The position numbers and the translations under genes were made by a program. Shown here one piece after another: positions 1 through 12,581 of a DNA stretch of 64,000 bases. The notes beneath the pieces were generated by a model, which had not been told where the DNA came from, did not search any database, and saw only the letters and a list, made by a program, of their open reading frames with translations. Source of the DNA: Eledone cirrhosa (Eukaryota); contig OZ024742.1 of the NCBI GenBank assembly GCA_964016885.1, positions 306,218,001-306,282,000 on the forward strand, in the 5' to 3' direction. Numbering within the stretch: the first letter of the stretch is position 1; the number at the start of each line of letters is the position of its first letter.

Positions 1-158
1 TGTGTGTGAGTGTATATGTGTGTATGTATATATATATGTATGTCTGTATGTGTGTGTGTGTGTATGTATATGTACATGTGTATGTGTGTATATATGTATG
101 TATATATATATATGTATGGGTATATGTTTGTGTGTGTATGTGTATGTATGTGTATATA

Positions 159-225
<67 letters not shown>

Positions 226-311
226 GTGTGTGTGTATGTGTGTGTGTATGTATGTGTATATATATGTAGGTATATATATGTATGTATGTATATATATATA
301 TATATATATAT
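1..311. repeat. (TG)n/(TA)n compound microsatellite
   Basis: Direct inspection; it explains the YIYI/CVCV ORFs. Confidence 0.98.
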
Positions 312-1228
312 CATTTTTATATTTTTATATTCTTTTAATGTCCCCTCATCCTTAACAGCCCTTTTAAACTGCATCTAACTCTTATTTATCACATCTATAT
401 GTATTAGTATAATTTTATCAAAAAAAAAATATATATATATATGTACCCATCAATTAAATTAATTTTGTATCCTTTTCATAGATGTATTTTTTTCACTAAC
501 ATCCTTATCTTAAAACTCTGGTCACCCTAGATATTTGTATTGGCATCACTATTTTATAACAGCAACTGCTTGTATACCTTCTACTGACCACCTGACCTAA
601 TTTCACCCCTAAAATAAGTTTCAATTACTACTATTTTACCATTTGGCCAAATATTAACAGACAGAATATATTTGGTCTTTGTTGGTTTTAGTCAATGAAC
701 AAATAAATTTATATCTGAGGTCAACATATGACCTACTTCTTCCCTAAAGTAATCCATTATTATATTGGATCTTTGTTGGTTTTATTCATTGAACAATTAA
801 AATTATTTCTGAGGTCAACATATGACCTACTTCTTCCCTAAAGTAATCCTTCATTCATAATACTCTTTTCCTTCCAAAACTGAAATCTACTTCCCCTACC
901 TATAATTTAAGGTTCTCATAATGGTATCTATCTTGACCCTCACTATCTCCTGATTGGTCAATTCAAAACCTGTTCCCAAACCGACCTATTGTATTGAATC
1001 TTTGTTCTTATCAATAAACAAGTATCATTATTTCTGAAGACAGCATATATATGTGAAGGTATGTATATTCTCTCTGATAGTTTGTATAAATATTGTACAT
1101 AGATCTATAGAATATGCATACCAATTCTAACACATATATATCCTAGAAACGATCGTAAAATAATGAACTTTTTTGTTTAATATAAGGAACTGCTTCTTTG
1201 TTTATTCATTATTTTTTTAATATTTTAA
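312..1228 (+). mobile_element. Non-coding PLE pLTR-like fragment between (TA)n tracts
   Basis: Flanked by TA runs, with a hammerhead fold near its 3' end. Internal ~95-bp duplication (about 676-758 and 770-850) resembles the region just upstream of and including the HHR 5' half. Confidence 0.6.
1026..1165 (+). ncRNA. Type I hammerhead ribozyme with ~105-nt rod-like stem II
   Basis: Stem I CATTATTT/AAATAATG; core CTGAAGA; stem II ATATATATGTG/CACATATATAT plus GGTATGTATATTCT/AGAATATGCATACC; GAAA; palindromic mini stem III CGATCG; GUA site. Confidence 0.8.
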
Positions 1229-1247
1229 ATATATATATATATATATA

Positions 1248-1720
1248 GTAATAATAATAAATTTGAAGACTAAAATCCAAAGAGGGCTCGATAAGGATAA
1301 ATATATATCAAATATATAAGAACCGTAGAGCAAATATTTATTAGAATAACATATTAAAGCAAAGGATCGCTGCTTTCACCCTTAACGGGATCTTCTGAAA
1401 CTAACAAAGTCAATTGGTGAACGCAGAAGTGAATATTTCAAAAAACGTTGCAACCGGAGGAAGACAGGAAGACGATATTTGGTTCGTGGAAACGTTCCCT
1501 GGCAAAGAACGGGAAAAAGCGAATATAAGACGTCATTATTTGGAGCGGTGAAAAACAATTACACGCAAAAACAAAACCACGTTTATGGTATAAAAGAAGT
1601 TGTAGACTAATATTCCTATTAGGTGGTTCATAGAGACGTTCTCTGGCAACGAACGGAAAAAACGAAGATAATACGTCATATGTGCAGCGGGAAGAACAAA
1701 TGCACGCAAAGACAAAACCA
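1248..1720 (-). mobile_element. Family F1 PLE-type 3' end (tail plus pLTR with internal tandem repeat)
   Basis: Near-identical to 9349-9830; the tail also matches 51480-51584 and 56115-56213. Confidence 0.8.
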
Positions 1721-2013
1721 AGTTCATCTACCCTACCTTCCACAAAATGCCATGATAGAATCATGTGTTTCAACAACAAACTTTTGACCAATCGTTGTGA
1801 TAATCACTTTTACCATATATGGAATTACTCCGTGAGAAGTTCGGCTATTCATTTACCAGAATAAAAATGTTCATTTACTCCAGAATTAGCCATCGAAACG
1901 GCTTGAGCTCAGCCGTCGGGGTCCTACTCGTTCCTATTACCCACTCTACTACCCTAAGTATTGAGTACTTTGGTGCGTTATGGTCCATCTGGTTCCTTAC
2001 CACATTTCCTTCG

Positions 2014-2014
<1 letters not shown>
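1721..2014 (+). mobile_element. Family F3 PLE 3' end with tail
   Basis: Aligns by eye to 43720-43925 and to the reverse complement of the tail at 40217-40300. Confidence 0.85.
1827..1922 (+). ncRNA. F3 hammerhead with mutated core (GTGAGAA)
   Basis: Same fold as 17042-17135, but position 3 is G. Confidence 0.6.
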
Positions 2015-2045
<31 letters not shown>

Positions 2046-2048
<3 letters not shown>

Positions 2049-2220
2049 AACAAGTAAGACGCCGACGGCTGAGCTCAAGCCGTTTCGACGGCTAATGTCG
2101 AAACGGCTTGAGCTCAGCCGTCGGGGTCTTACTTGTTCCTATTACCCACTCTACTACCCTAAGTATTGAGTACTTTGGTGCGTTATGGTCCACCTGGTTC
2201 CTTACCACATTTCCTTCGCT
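2046..2220 (+). mobile_element. F3 mini fold-back element (inverted head plus tail)
   Basis: 2046-2089 is the reverse complement of 2097-2140, followed by the F3 tail; (TA)n on both sides. Confidence 0.85.
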
Positions 2221-2228
2221 ATATATAT

Positions 2229-2262
<34 letters not shown>

Positions 2263-2430
2263 TAGATATAGAATAGCTTTCACCGTATTTTTCAATACTC
2301 ATCTTTTGCCATGTATCTGAGGGTTCTAAACCCCATTATCAGACTAAAATTTATTTAGTCAAATAATACGGTGAAAGCTATTCTATTTTCTAATTTCAAA
2401 CCTGCTCACTGTTTCAAAACATATTTATTC
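2263..2430 (+). mobile_element. Small fold-back insertion in (TA)n
   Basis: TAGAATAGCTTTCACCGTATT (2269-2289) is inverted at 2365-2385; the right arm contains GAAA-GC-TA, like an HHR 3' half. Confidence 0.5.
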
Positions 2431-2431
2431 A

Positions 2432-2468
<37 letters not shown>

Positions 2469-2621
2469 CGTTGACAAATATATCAATATGCCCAGACATG
2501 CAGATATATTGCCGTTGGTATGACAGTGTGGTTTTAGCTCAATGTAGGATAACTAGTATACTACAGAGCCGTTATAGTTATAGGAATAACCATAGAGTGC
2601 TTAGAAATACATTGTTTTATT

Positions 2622-2668
2622 AGCTAACAGTGTTTCATCCATACACCATGGCAGGAATCATCAGAGCC
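2622..2668 (-). ncRNA. Minimal type I hammerhead (F2)
   Basis: GGCT-CTGATGA-TTCC...GGAT-GAAA-CACTG-TT-AGCT on the minus strand. Confidence 0.65.
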
Positions 2669-4126
2669 TATAAACATGAGTATATCAGCAGTTGCATGCT
2701 CCATCGAGCTGCGTCACCAGAACAAGGTTAAAGGACCAATAGGGGGGTCCCGAGGCCAGCGCTATATGGAAAAAGACAGAATACATGATGCACATAATGT
2801 CATAAAATGTCTTAAAAATTTAAAGATTTAAAATTACACCAAAGTTTTATCACTTAAATGGTGCAATAGATGATAAAGAGGTTGGGAGAGGGTAGCAAGG
2901 GATGAGTGAGGATATTACTCAGCATGATCAGAAACAATAGGGAAATAATAAAAAAATAATAATAAAAAGTACAAAAATACAGGGATAAGAAAAGAGATAA
3001 ATATAAAAATACAAAACAATAAAGGAACAAAAAACCCGGAACCCCCCTCCCACTACCCCCAAATTATGAGACAGAGGAAAGCATAGATGCATCAAAGCAC
3101 AAGCAGTGCAAACACAGGGTGCACAGGCAGATTATGAGAGATTGCAAGCATGAGTCTGTGAAAAGAATAGTTGGTTAGCAGTGGTGCAGCCTTACATGTA
3201 TGATAGTCCATATGAGGGATGGTGTACTCCAATTATATCGCCTTGTAACAGGTCGATTCTCCTTATCATATCCGCACCCTACGAACCACATCGATATGTT
3301 CCAGTTCCGAACGTTAAGTGAGATAGCACTATTTTTCCAAAAGCTATACCCAGGGGATTTATCACCATAGGCGGTCAGGGAAATACACCTAAATCTAAAA
3401 TAAAAAATAAAAGAATGTACTAAGAGTTAAAGAGATGTATGGCACATATACAGCCGGTACAGATGTGAGAAAATTGAAAACACGCCAGGCCCGCAGAAAC
3501 TGGCATTCACCAAATCCTCACGTTCGGTCGCTCAATCCAATGTGCCAGGTGAAATTCACTGTATGTCCAAGTTGGCGTTCAACCAATGTATCGCACCGCA
3601 TACAACTGTGCCACTATTCTTTTGACAGACTCATGCTTGCAAACTCTCTTAATCTGCCTGTGCACTCTATGTTTACACTGGTTCTGCTTCGATGCATCTA
3701 TTCTTTGCTCTGTCTTATATTCTGGGGGGGATTTCCGGGCTTTTTGTTCCTTTATTGTTTTGTATTTTTATATTTATCTCTTTTCTTACCCCTGTATTTT
3801 TGTACGTTTTTATTATTTTTTTTAAAATTATTTTCTTATTGTCTCTGATCATGCTGAGTAATACCCTTATACATCCCTTGCTATCCTCTCCCAAACTCTT
3901 CATCATCTATTGCACCATTTAAGTGATACATTTTTGGTGTAATTTTTAGTTTTTAAATTTTTAAGATATTTTATGACATTATGTGCATTATGTGCATAAT
4001 GTACTCTGTCTTTTTCCATATAGCGCTGGCCTCGGGACCCCCCCCCCCCCCCCTGCTGATCCTTTAACCTTGTTCTGGTGACGCAGCTCGATGAAGCATG
4101 AAACTACGGATATACTCATGTTTATA

Positions 4127-4173
4127 GGATCTGATGATTCCTGCCATGGTGTATGGATGAAACAATGTTAGCT
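4127..4173 (+). ncRNA. Minimal type I hammerhead (F2, stem I mismatch)
   Basis: GGAT-CTGATGA-TTCC...GGAT-GAAA-CAATG-TT-AGCT. Confidence 0.55.
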
Positions 4174-4214
4174 AATAAATCAATGTATTTCTAAGCGCTC
4201 TTTGGTTTTTCCTA

Positions 4215-4270
<56 letters not shown>

Positions 4271-4580
4271 GACGAAATAATATCTGAGTTCATTTTGTTC
4301 CAATTTTAATATACGCAGTGAACAGCCAGAGTCGATAGACCCGAGAATAGAATACACTGTTAAAATTATTCTGGCTCCTTGTGTTCTGAGTTATCAGGCA
4401 TATATTGTTGGTGTAGTTAATCAGTCAACAAGGGGAGCAACGCGTTAATAGAGTGAATCGTTGTGCAAGAAATCGGGCTGGATTATCGCTGCGAAAATAT
4501 CTCCTTAATTCCACCACTCCTCCTTTCCACCCCCACCAACCTCACACACATACACATGTATATTCATTATCAGAACAGGT

Positions 4581-4618
<38 letters not shown>

Positions 4619-4624
4619 TATATA

Positions 4625-4700
<76 letters not shown>

Positions 4701-4702
<2 letters not shown>

Positions 4703-4770
4703 TATGTATGTTGTGTATATAATCCGTATGGAGCCCTCTTCGGATTTGAGTCTTCATATTTATTATTACT
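4701..4770 (+). mobile_element. Isolated tail fragment related to F1
   Basis: GAGCCCTCTTCGGATTTGAGTCTTCATATTTATTATTACT resembles the F1 terminus at 56171-56213. Confidence 0.55.
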
Positions 4771-4844
4771 ATATATATATATAAAATAAAATAAAATAAA
4801 ATAAAATAAATAAGTCAAATGATTAAAATTTAGCTTCGTTTATT

Positions 4845-4899
4845 ACTGCTATATATATTTCGGTGACAGCCATCTTTGGCTGTGACCTCTTCAGACAGT
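4845..4899 (-). ncRNA. Minimal type I hammerhead (PLE-A left arm)
   Basis: ACTGT-CTGAAGA-GGTCACAGCCA/TGGCTGTCACC-GAAA-TATATA-TA-GCAGT. Confidence 0.85.
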
Positions 4900-5900
4900 C
4901 CTAATTAGTGTGGTATAGACAAGTACATATGCTGTTGAGGTGTATAACTTTGTCAATACTCTGATATGCCCAGTTCCTGGTTGGGTTGTTATTTCACTGA
5001 GGAACTGGAATCATATGAATTCAAACAAACGAATTTCGGTGTCAAAGGGCCTCTTCTCCTCTCATTGGTCAGTTGTTAGAACATTCCTCCTTCAAAAGTC
5101 TATAGAAATTCGTTCTGAGGCAAGCCAATCTGTAGTTGTTGTTCTTGTTATTGTTAGGTACATCTGACCTCTATTCTTGTGTTCGTAGTTTTGTTATTGT
5201 TGGAGTTAGCTTAAAAAAAATTGATAAAGTGGCAGAAGGAATAAGATAATAAACGAACAAAATAAAATAAATGTCAAACTTCCCATTGGTCAGTTTTGAG
5301 AGCATTCCTCAGTCCAAAGTCTATAGAAATTCTTTCTGGGGTTGGGCTCCCTGTAGAGTTTGTGTTTAATATTGTTAAGTACATCTGACCTCTACCCTTA
5401 TTTTGGTAGTGTTGTGGTGTTGTGGTGAGCTTATGTCTTGCTGCTGCTGACAATTTAGAAGTATCTGTGTGTGTGTTTCTTCATACCACTTGCCACCATC
5501 ACCCGTGGTGGTGGTGGTGGTGCGGGGGTTTTCTTCCATGTATATGAAGAAATATAAGGTAATAAAATGAAGAAAACAGAAAATAAATAATAAATAGAGA
5601 ATAAAGAATAAATGAAAAATTAATGAAAAAGTAATGAAAAAGTAATGAAAATGAATATGGAGAAGTGAAAAATAAAATGAAGATTCAAATAAAGTAAGAT
5701 AAAGTGTGTGTGTGCTATAACCAATCTCAAGGTCAGAAATATGTTGGATAGATTGGTATGAGGAACAAGATGATAAAAGAATAAGATAATCAAATAAAAT
5801 GTGTTTGTGTTATAACCAATCTCAACTTAAAAATAAATATAAGGTAATAAAGTGGAGAGAACAGAAAACAAATAACAAATTAATAATGAGAAATCAAACT

Positions 5901-7851
5901 TGAGATCAATGCGACAGCTTACAGGGTTATATCTAGACTCGGCATAGAGGACAGGACGGCCCCATACCAACCAAGGTAGCCGCGGATTATCCTTAAAGAT
6001 CACAAGCCAAACTTTGAGTCCGACCTCCCTGTCAGACTAATAGCCCCCTCCAGATCTGATCTAGGGATCGTCAGTAAAAGAATACTAGATAGGATTCTGC
6101 CCAAGCTTCGGAAGAAAACTAAATTACAGCAATGGTCATGCACGGGAGAAGTAATAAAATGGTTTAAGATACTACATGAGAAAAGTAAGACTAGCTTTAT
6201 ACAACTGGATATCGCAAGCTACTACTCCTCAATTTCACCCATAGTACTCAATAAGGCCCTATTTTTTTCGCGATGTCCAATACGGACCTAACCCGAGAGG
6301 ATCTGAGCATCATCCACGCCAAACGAAAGAGCTTAATCCGTTTCGATGGAGACCTTTGGACCAGGAGTGATTGGCCAAATAACTTTGACATCACGATGGG
6401 CTCCAGCGACTCAGCACAGGTAACGGACCTGGTTGGGCTCTTCGTGCTGAAGCAGATAAAAGATAAAATCCCCTGCCTGGGCGGCGCATTATATCGGGAC
6501 GATGCTCTATTCATAGTATATGACCACAGCACCAATATGTTGGAGGGAATGAGGAGGCGTATGCGCCATTTCTTTATAAACCAGGGCCTCAGTATAGAAC
6601 TAGACCCAAATAGGAAGGTAGTTAACTTCCTAGACACCACCCTAAAACTGAACACCGAACAACATATAGTCCGAAACGCCGGGATGGGGATGGCCCAACG
6701 GACACCCACACCCGCGTTACCCGGGGGGGGGGGGCGAACCCTATCAACACAGGCAGAACAGAAACAAATAGGCACCATGAGCCCGACACCACAACACAGG
6801 CGTTGGTGACTAGTACGCTTAACCAGCAGATGAAACCCAATATGAGTAGCAGTCTCAGGGGTGACGCTAACCACCTCAGGACCGACGACCCCAACCGCAG
6901 GACACGTGGGGGGGGGGACCACCCCACAATAGATCTCCCAGTGCGGGCAACTACCACCCCACAGATTCGGGCCGTGAAGATAGCAATACGCATAGCGCCC
7001 TAAGGGGAAGCAACAGTGCAGGAACCACCAGCAACCCAACAAATCTCCAACAACTCACAACGCCCCCGTCCCTAAAGAACAGCTTGGCCCGATCATTCTT
7101 TGGAGCACTTGATAAATGCTTCCCGAGGGACCATAGATACCACAGGATCTTCAACAGACACACTGTGAAGCTCTCGTATTCCACCACGAGAAATATGGCC
7201 CAACACATAGCATCAACAGGAGTAGGCTTAAAAACCAGACACAACCAGAAGATGGCAATACAAGCACTCAGCAGAACCATGTGAAAGGAGGGAAGGGCGG
7301 ACGCAGTGCCCACCCAAGAAACCCAAACAGACCCCCCCCCCTCCCACCGTGCCTGGGGGAAGACCACCATGTAACACCTAACGGGAACCCCAATCTAGGC
7401 ACGCAGAGGTCGACCACCCTCTGCAACTGCAGAAACCCCGAATCATGCCCCCCTCCTTGGTAATGAATACCTTAAGAAGAACCTAGTATACGGTTGTAGG
7501 GTTAAAACACCCAACTCCGAACACCTGTACATTGGAGCCACATCAACGAGCTTTAAAGTCCGCTGTAACAGCCATTGCCATTCCTTCAATAAGGAGGCCA
7601 AAAGGAAAAGCACGGCTCTCTCCGACCTGATCTGGAAGCTTAAGCTGGACAGGACCCCGTACTCTCTGGCCTGGTACATAATCAGGAAAGTACCACCCGA
7701 TAAAGGGGGATCTGGCATATGCAAACTATGCCGGAACGAGACGCTCGAGATACTAAGAGGTGGAAGCGGCCTGATAAACCTCAGAACCGACTTCTTCGGG
7801 ACATGCAGACACCTCAGGGCCGGGACCTTCCTCAAGATATATGGACAGTAG
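5901..7851 (+). pseudogene. PLE reverse transcriptase + GIY-YIG endonuclease, frameshifted and internally deleted
   Basis: LKDHKPNF..PVRLIAP, QLDIASYY, FDITMGSSDSAQVTDLVG, LYRDD, NFLD, KLSYSTT, CNCRNPESCP, NLVY..LYIGAT, CKLC, TCRH; stop at 7849-7851. Confidence 0.93.
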
Positions 7852-9123
7852 CAATACAAGAAGATGTGAACTCCCCTCAAGCTATAGGGACTTCTCCAGA
7901 ACATGTAGACACCTCTCGGCCAGACATCCCTCAAGCTATATTGGCAATAACAACACCCTAGGTTGAGAACTCCCCTCAAGCCATATGGACCAACCCAGGC
8001 TGAGCAGACACGATGATAGCCTAGAGATTGATTCTGACACAGCCATTATAATTTGGCCAACTTCTTTATAACACACACATTTTAACTTACTTGATTTTTG
8101 ATTATTCAATTTTTCAATTTTTGAAGTTTGATTTCTCATTATTAATTTGTTATTTGTTTTCTGTTCTCTTCACTTTATCACCTTATATTTATTTTTAAGT
8201 TGAGATTGGTTATAACACAAACACATTTTATTTGATTATCTATTTTTTTACCATCTTTTTCCTCATACCAATCTATCCAACACATTTCTGACCTTGAGAT
8301 TGGTTATAGCACACACACACTTTATATTACTTTATTTTAATCTTTATTTCATTTTTCACTTCTCCATATTTATTTTCATTACTTTTTCATTACATTTTCA
8401 TTAATTTTTCATTTATTCTTTATTCTCTATTTATTATTTATTTTCTGTTTTCTTCATTTTATTGCCTTATATTTCTTCATATACATGGAAGAACCCTCAT
8501 CCCCCGCACCACCACCACGGGTGATGGTGGCAAGAGGTATGAAGAAACACACACACAGATACTTCTAAATTGTCAGCAGCAGCAAGATATAAGCTCACCA
8601 CAACACCAACAACACTACCAAAATAAGGGTAGAGGTCAGATGTACTTAATAATAGCAAACACAAACACTACAGGGAGCCTCACCCCAGAAAGAATTTCTA
8701 TAGACTTTGGACTGAGGAATGCTCTCAAAACTGACCAATGGGAAGTTTGACATTTTTTTTATTTTGTTCCTTTACCATCTTATTCCTTCTACCATTTTAT
8801 CAATTTTTTTGAGCTAACTCCAACAATAACAAAACTACGAACACAAGAATAGAGGTCAGATGTACCTAACAATAACAAGAACAACAACTACAGATTGGCT
8901 TGCCTCAGAACGAATTTCTATAGACTTTTGAAGGAGGAATGTTCTAACAACTGACCAATGAGAGGAGAAGAGGCCCTTTGACACTGAAATTCGTTTGTTT
9001 GAATTCATATGATTCCAGTTCCTCAGTGAAATTACAACCCAACCAGGAACTGGGCATATCAGAGTATTGAAAAAGTTATACACCTCAACAACATATGTAC
9101 TTGTCTATACCACACTAATTTGG

Positions 9124-9178
9124 ACTGCCTGAAGAGGTCACAGCCAAAGATGGCTGTCACCGAAATATATATAGCAGT
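9124..9178 (+). ncRNA. Minimal type I hammerhead (PLE-A right arm)
   Basis: Stem I ACTGC/GCAGT, CTGAAGA, 10-bp stem II, GAAA, palindromic TATATA stem III. Such minimal HHRs are typical of PLEs. Confidence 0.88.
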
Positions 9179-9348
9179 AATAAACGAAGCTAAATTTTAA
9201 ACATTTGACTTATTTATTTTATTTTATTTTACATTACTCCGTAGTAACCAAACCAACCTGCACACTTCGCCGAGTGCTCCAATCTGCATACTGATGTGTT
9301 GGTATACAACCAACATATACTAAAAAAATATATATATATATATATATA

Positions 9349-10138
9349 GTAATAATAATAAATTTGAAGACTAAAATCCAAAGAGGGCTCAATAAGGATA
9401 AATATATATCAAATATATAAAAACCGTAGAGCAAATATTTATTAAAATAACAGATGAAAGTTTAAGCAAAGAATCGCTGCTTTCACCCTTAACGGGATCT
9501 TCTGCAACTAACAAAGTCAATCTGTAAACGCAGAAGTGGATATTTCAAAAAACGTTGCAACCGGAGGAAGACAGGAAGACGATACTTTGGTTCGTGGTAA
9601 CGTTCGCTGGCAAAGAACGGGAAAAAACGAATATAATACGTCATAAATAGGAGCGGTGAAAAACAATTACGCGCAAAGACAGAACCACATTTATGGTATA
9701 AAAGAGGTCGTAGACTAATGTTCTCTTAGGTGGTTCATAGAGACGTTCTCTGGCAATGAACGAAAAAAACGAAGATAATACGTCATATGTGGAGCGTGGA
9801 GAACAATAGCACGCAAAGACAAAACCACGTAAATGGTATAGCAGAAGTCGTAGACTAAAATTCTAACTAGGAGACCGAATGAATCTCCGCTACAGAGTTA
9901 AGAACAAAGTAAATAAATACAATACAGAAGAAATAGAAATAAATAAATACATACACGCAAACAAATACGGACATACACAAGCACGTTTCCACGAACCAAA
10001 GTATCGTCTTCCTGTCTTCCTCCGGTTGCAACGTTTTTTGAAATATCCACTTCTGCGTTTACAGATTGACTTTGTTAGTTTCAGAAGATCCCGTTAAGGG
10101 TGAAAGCACCGATTCTTTGCTTAAACTTTAATCTGTTA

Positions 10139-10143
<5 letters not shown>
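9349..10143. mobile_element. F1 fold-back element
   Basis: Long left arm with tail (minus strand); short tail-less right arm 9983-10143 inverted relative to about 9440-9605. Confidence 0.85.
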
Positions 10144-10210
<67 letters not shown>

Positions 10211-10214
<4 letters not shown>

Positions 10215-10829
10215 AATTTACGTATCGTATATTTGGCAATATACCGTATGTTTAATTAAAAACATTTAGAAGACCATACGCTATCAGTTTTAAAGTGACT
10301 ATGTCACTTACTTCTTTTCGTCGAAAGAAGGGAGAGAAGCTGACAGTCTGTTTCACTGGTTAGCGGTCATCAGAGCCACGTACTCCCCTGCTTTCACTGA
10401 ATATTATAGAAGCTGGATTCTTATGGAATTCCAATTATAATCAGGAGCTGATTATACAGAGCGATTGTCGGTCGAGCAAAAATTAGGTATCAGGATTGGT
10501 GCTCTGAAATAGCGATGTATACATGAATTTCTGTATAGTATATTTGGCAATATACTGTATATTTAATTTAAAACATTTAGAAGACCATACGCTATCAGTT
10601 TTATAATCAGCTCCTGATTATTACTGGAATTCTATAAGAATCCAGCTTCTATAATTTTCGGCGAAAGCAGGGAAGTACGTGGGTTTGATGAACGCCAACA
10701 AGCATATAATAGACTGCCAGCGTCTCTCGTTCTTTCGCCGAATAGTGTATGGTCTTCTAAATGCTTCTAATGAAATTACGGCATATTGCCAAATATAGTA
10801 TACATACATTCAAGTATACATCGCTATTT
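10211..10829. mobile_element. HHR-containing element: ~311-nt direct redundancy plus inverted arm
   Basis: 10212-10290 repeats at 10523-10602; 10603-10829 is inverted relative to 10322-10457 and 10508-10595. Confidence 0.8.
10338..10377 (-). ncRNA. Type I hammerhead
   Basis: GGCT-CTGATGA-CCGCTAACCAGT-GAAA-CAGACTG-TC-AGCT; stem II is weak. Confidence 0.6.
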
Positions 10830-10959
10830 ATATATATATATGTGTGTGTGTGTGGGTGTGTGTGCGTGTGTGTGTGTGTGTGTGCGCGCAGAATGGTTAT
10901 TATATAACTAAATTTGCATTTTTTAAATACGTATAATGAATTTAGCAGAGTCCAGTAAG

Positions 10960-11160
10960 CGGCAAGCATTTACAGGGGAAAGTAGATTAAATCGACCCTA
11001 GTGTATAACTGGTGCTTTATTTTACTTTATTTTATCGAACCCCGTAAGGTTGAAAGGCTGAGCTAACCTCGGCGGGATTTTAAATCAGAATGTAAAGGCC
11101 ATAATTCTATGCTTAGAAGCATGTTGTCCGACGCTCTACCGATACAGCTAATTCACCACC
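10960..11160 (-). mobile_element. tRNA-derived cephalopod-type SINE
   Basis: Reverse complement of the family at 35455-35670 (…CCGCCGAGGTTA…CCTTTCA.CCTTACGGGG…). Confidence 0.8.
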
Positions 11161-12581
11161 CTAGGGAAATTGCATAATTAAAAGTAAGAAGATAAGATAA
11201 AAACAGAAATAATAGAAAAAAGGACAAAATAAAAGGAAAAAGAAAGTAATGGAGGAAAGCTCAGGGAAAACGATGATAAAATTAGGAGTGAAACAATATA
11301 TAAAAAACAGCGATTGTTGACAATTGGGGTGAATTGATAAACCCGTTAGATTGTCAGACTGAATATCATTCGATATATGTTTTGGCCTAGATTACACTGA
11401 GTTCAAATTCCAGGAAAGCGAATGTAATTTTATATCTTTACAGAATTGATAAGTAAAGCACCAATTAAGTACTTGGCTGGTTCTTCTATGTCTTTCTTTC
11501 TTGGAATTAGGTACGTTGTGCAATGGAAAATGTCTGGAGAGACTACTCACAGCGGTCTTTGTTCCGTTAATAGTGGATTATTGAGTGATGGCCGAGCATC
11601 AACATTTCATAAGAAACCTTATATGTCACTGAAAATGTCCAACGATGGAAAGATGTGCAGTATAACACTGATAGGAAATACGTAAAAACAAAAATGCCTG
11701 TGTTGAGATGTAGTGAAATCAGTTAGTTCGACTACAACACTTCAATACATTTATTTTGTCGTCTCCTGTAATATGGAAAACCAATATGGGCCTCATCCCG
11801 ATTTGAACTAATGAAACGTAATAGGACGATATTTTCTACCGCTTTATCAGTTCTACTAATCCGGAAGACGTTCTGAGAATTGTAAAACATAAAAATAGAA
11901 AATAAACAGAATTGAGATTGGGAAAATAATCAAACAAACAAATACCAGCGTAAACGAAAGCAACAAGGACGGAAGTCTTCATATAATGGACAAATGACAA
12001 TACAAAATTAGAGAAAGTAATTTTAAAAAAAAAATTAAATGAAAAAAAGAGGTTGAAACAAAAGAGAGGAAAGAATTGTAAATGAAAAACTGGAGTCACA
12101 AAATGAATTAAAAATAAGTAAAATTAAAAACAAATTAAGTGAAGAAAGTAATTTGAAAAAATTAAAAAGTAAAAATTAAGAAGAAAAGAAATGAAAAGAA
12201 GAAAAACGAATATAAACAAAAAAAAGTCGAGACAAAAATGTAATTACAAAAAAATTGAATTTAAGAAGGGGGTAAAAATCAAATTATATAAAGAAAGAAA
12301 GAAAAATTCGTACATGGAATTAAAAGTGGTCTGTGGTTTAGAAATGTGCTTGGCAACAACGTCATTTTGATTTCGATCTGTATTCCCGGTACCTTTGTCT
12401 GATATTTTGTATGGATTCATCAGTGCTTCTTGAACGAGATTTGACAAACGGAAATTGTGAGAATGTCTGTCTTAAGAAAATATATGAACTAATATGAACT
12501 AATGTGAATCCAAAATATATATATTTCATCTGGTATGAAAATGCTAAAAGATTAACTGTAGGACAGAGGAACGTTATAATA

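Larger units (their letters stand above)
2466..4219. mobile_element. Family F2 fold-back PLE derivative, ~600-bp inverted arms
   Basis: Arms at about 2574-3170 and 3612-4219, each with an HHR. The extra tail (2466-2573) is on the left arm only. The spacer has a weak IQCAR*NSLYV GIY-YIG-like remnant near 3535-3570. Confidence 0.85.
4783..9328 (+). mobile_element. Penelope-like retroelement PLE-A, 5'-truncated, with ~1.1-kb inverted pLTR
   Basis: Left arm 4783-5900 is the reverse complement of 8124-9231; tail 9232-9328 is on the right only; RT and GIY-YIG remnants inside; (TA)n flanks. Confidence 0.95.

Noticed and set aside
6248-7979. Long minus-strand ORFs (264, 139 and 178 aa), and similar ones at 25009-25542, 27650-29408 and 40734-41674
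   Set aside because: Antisense shadows of GC-rich retroelement coding sequence.
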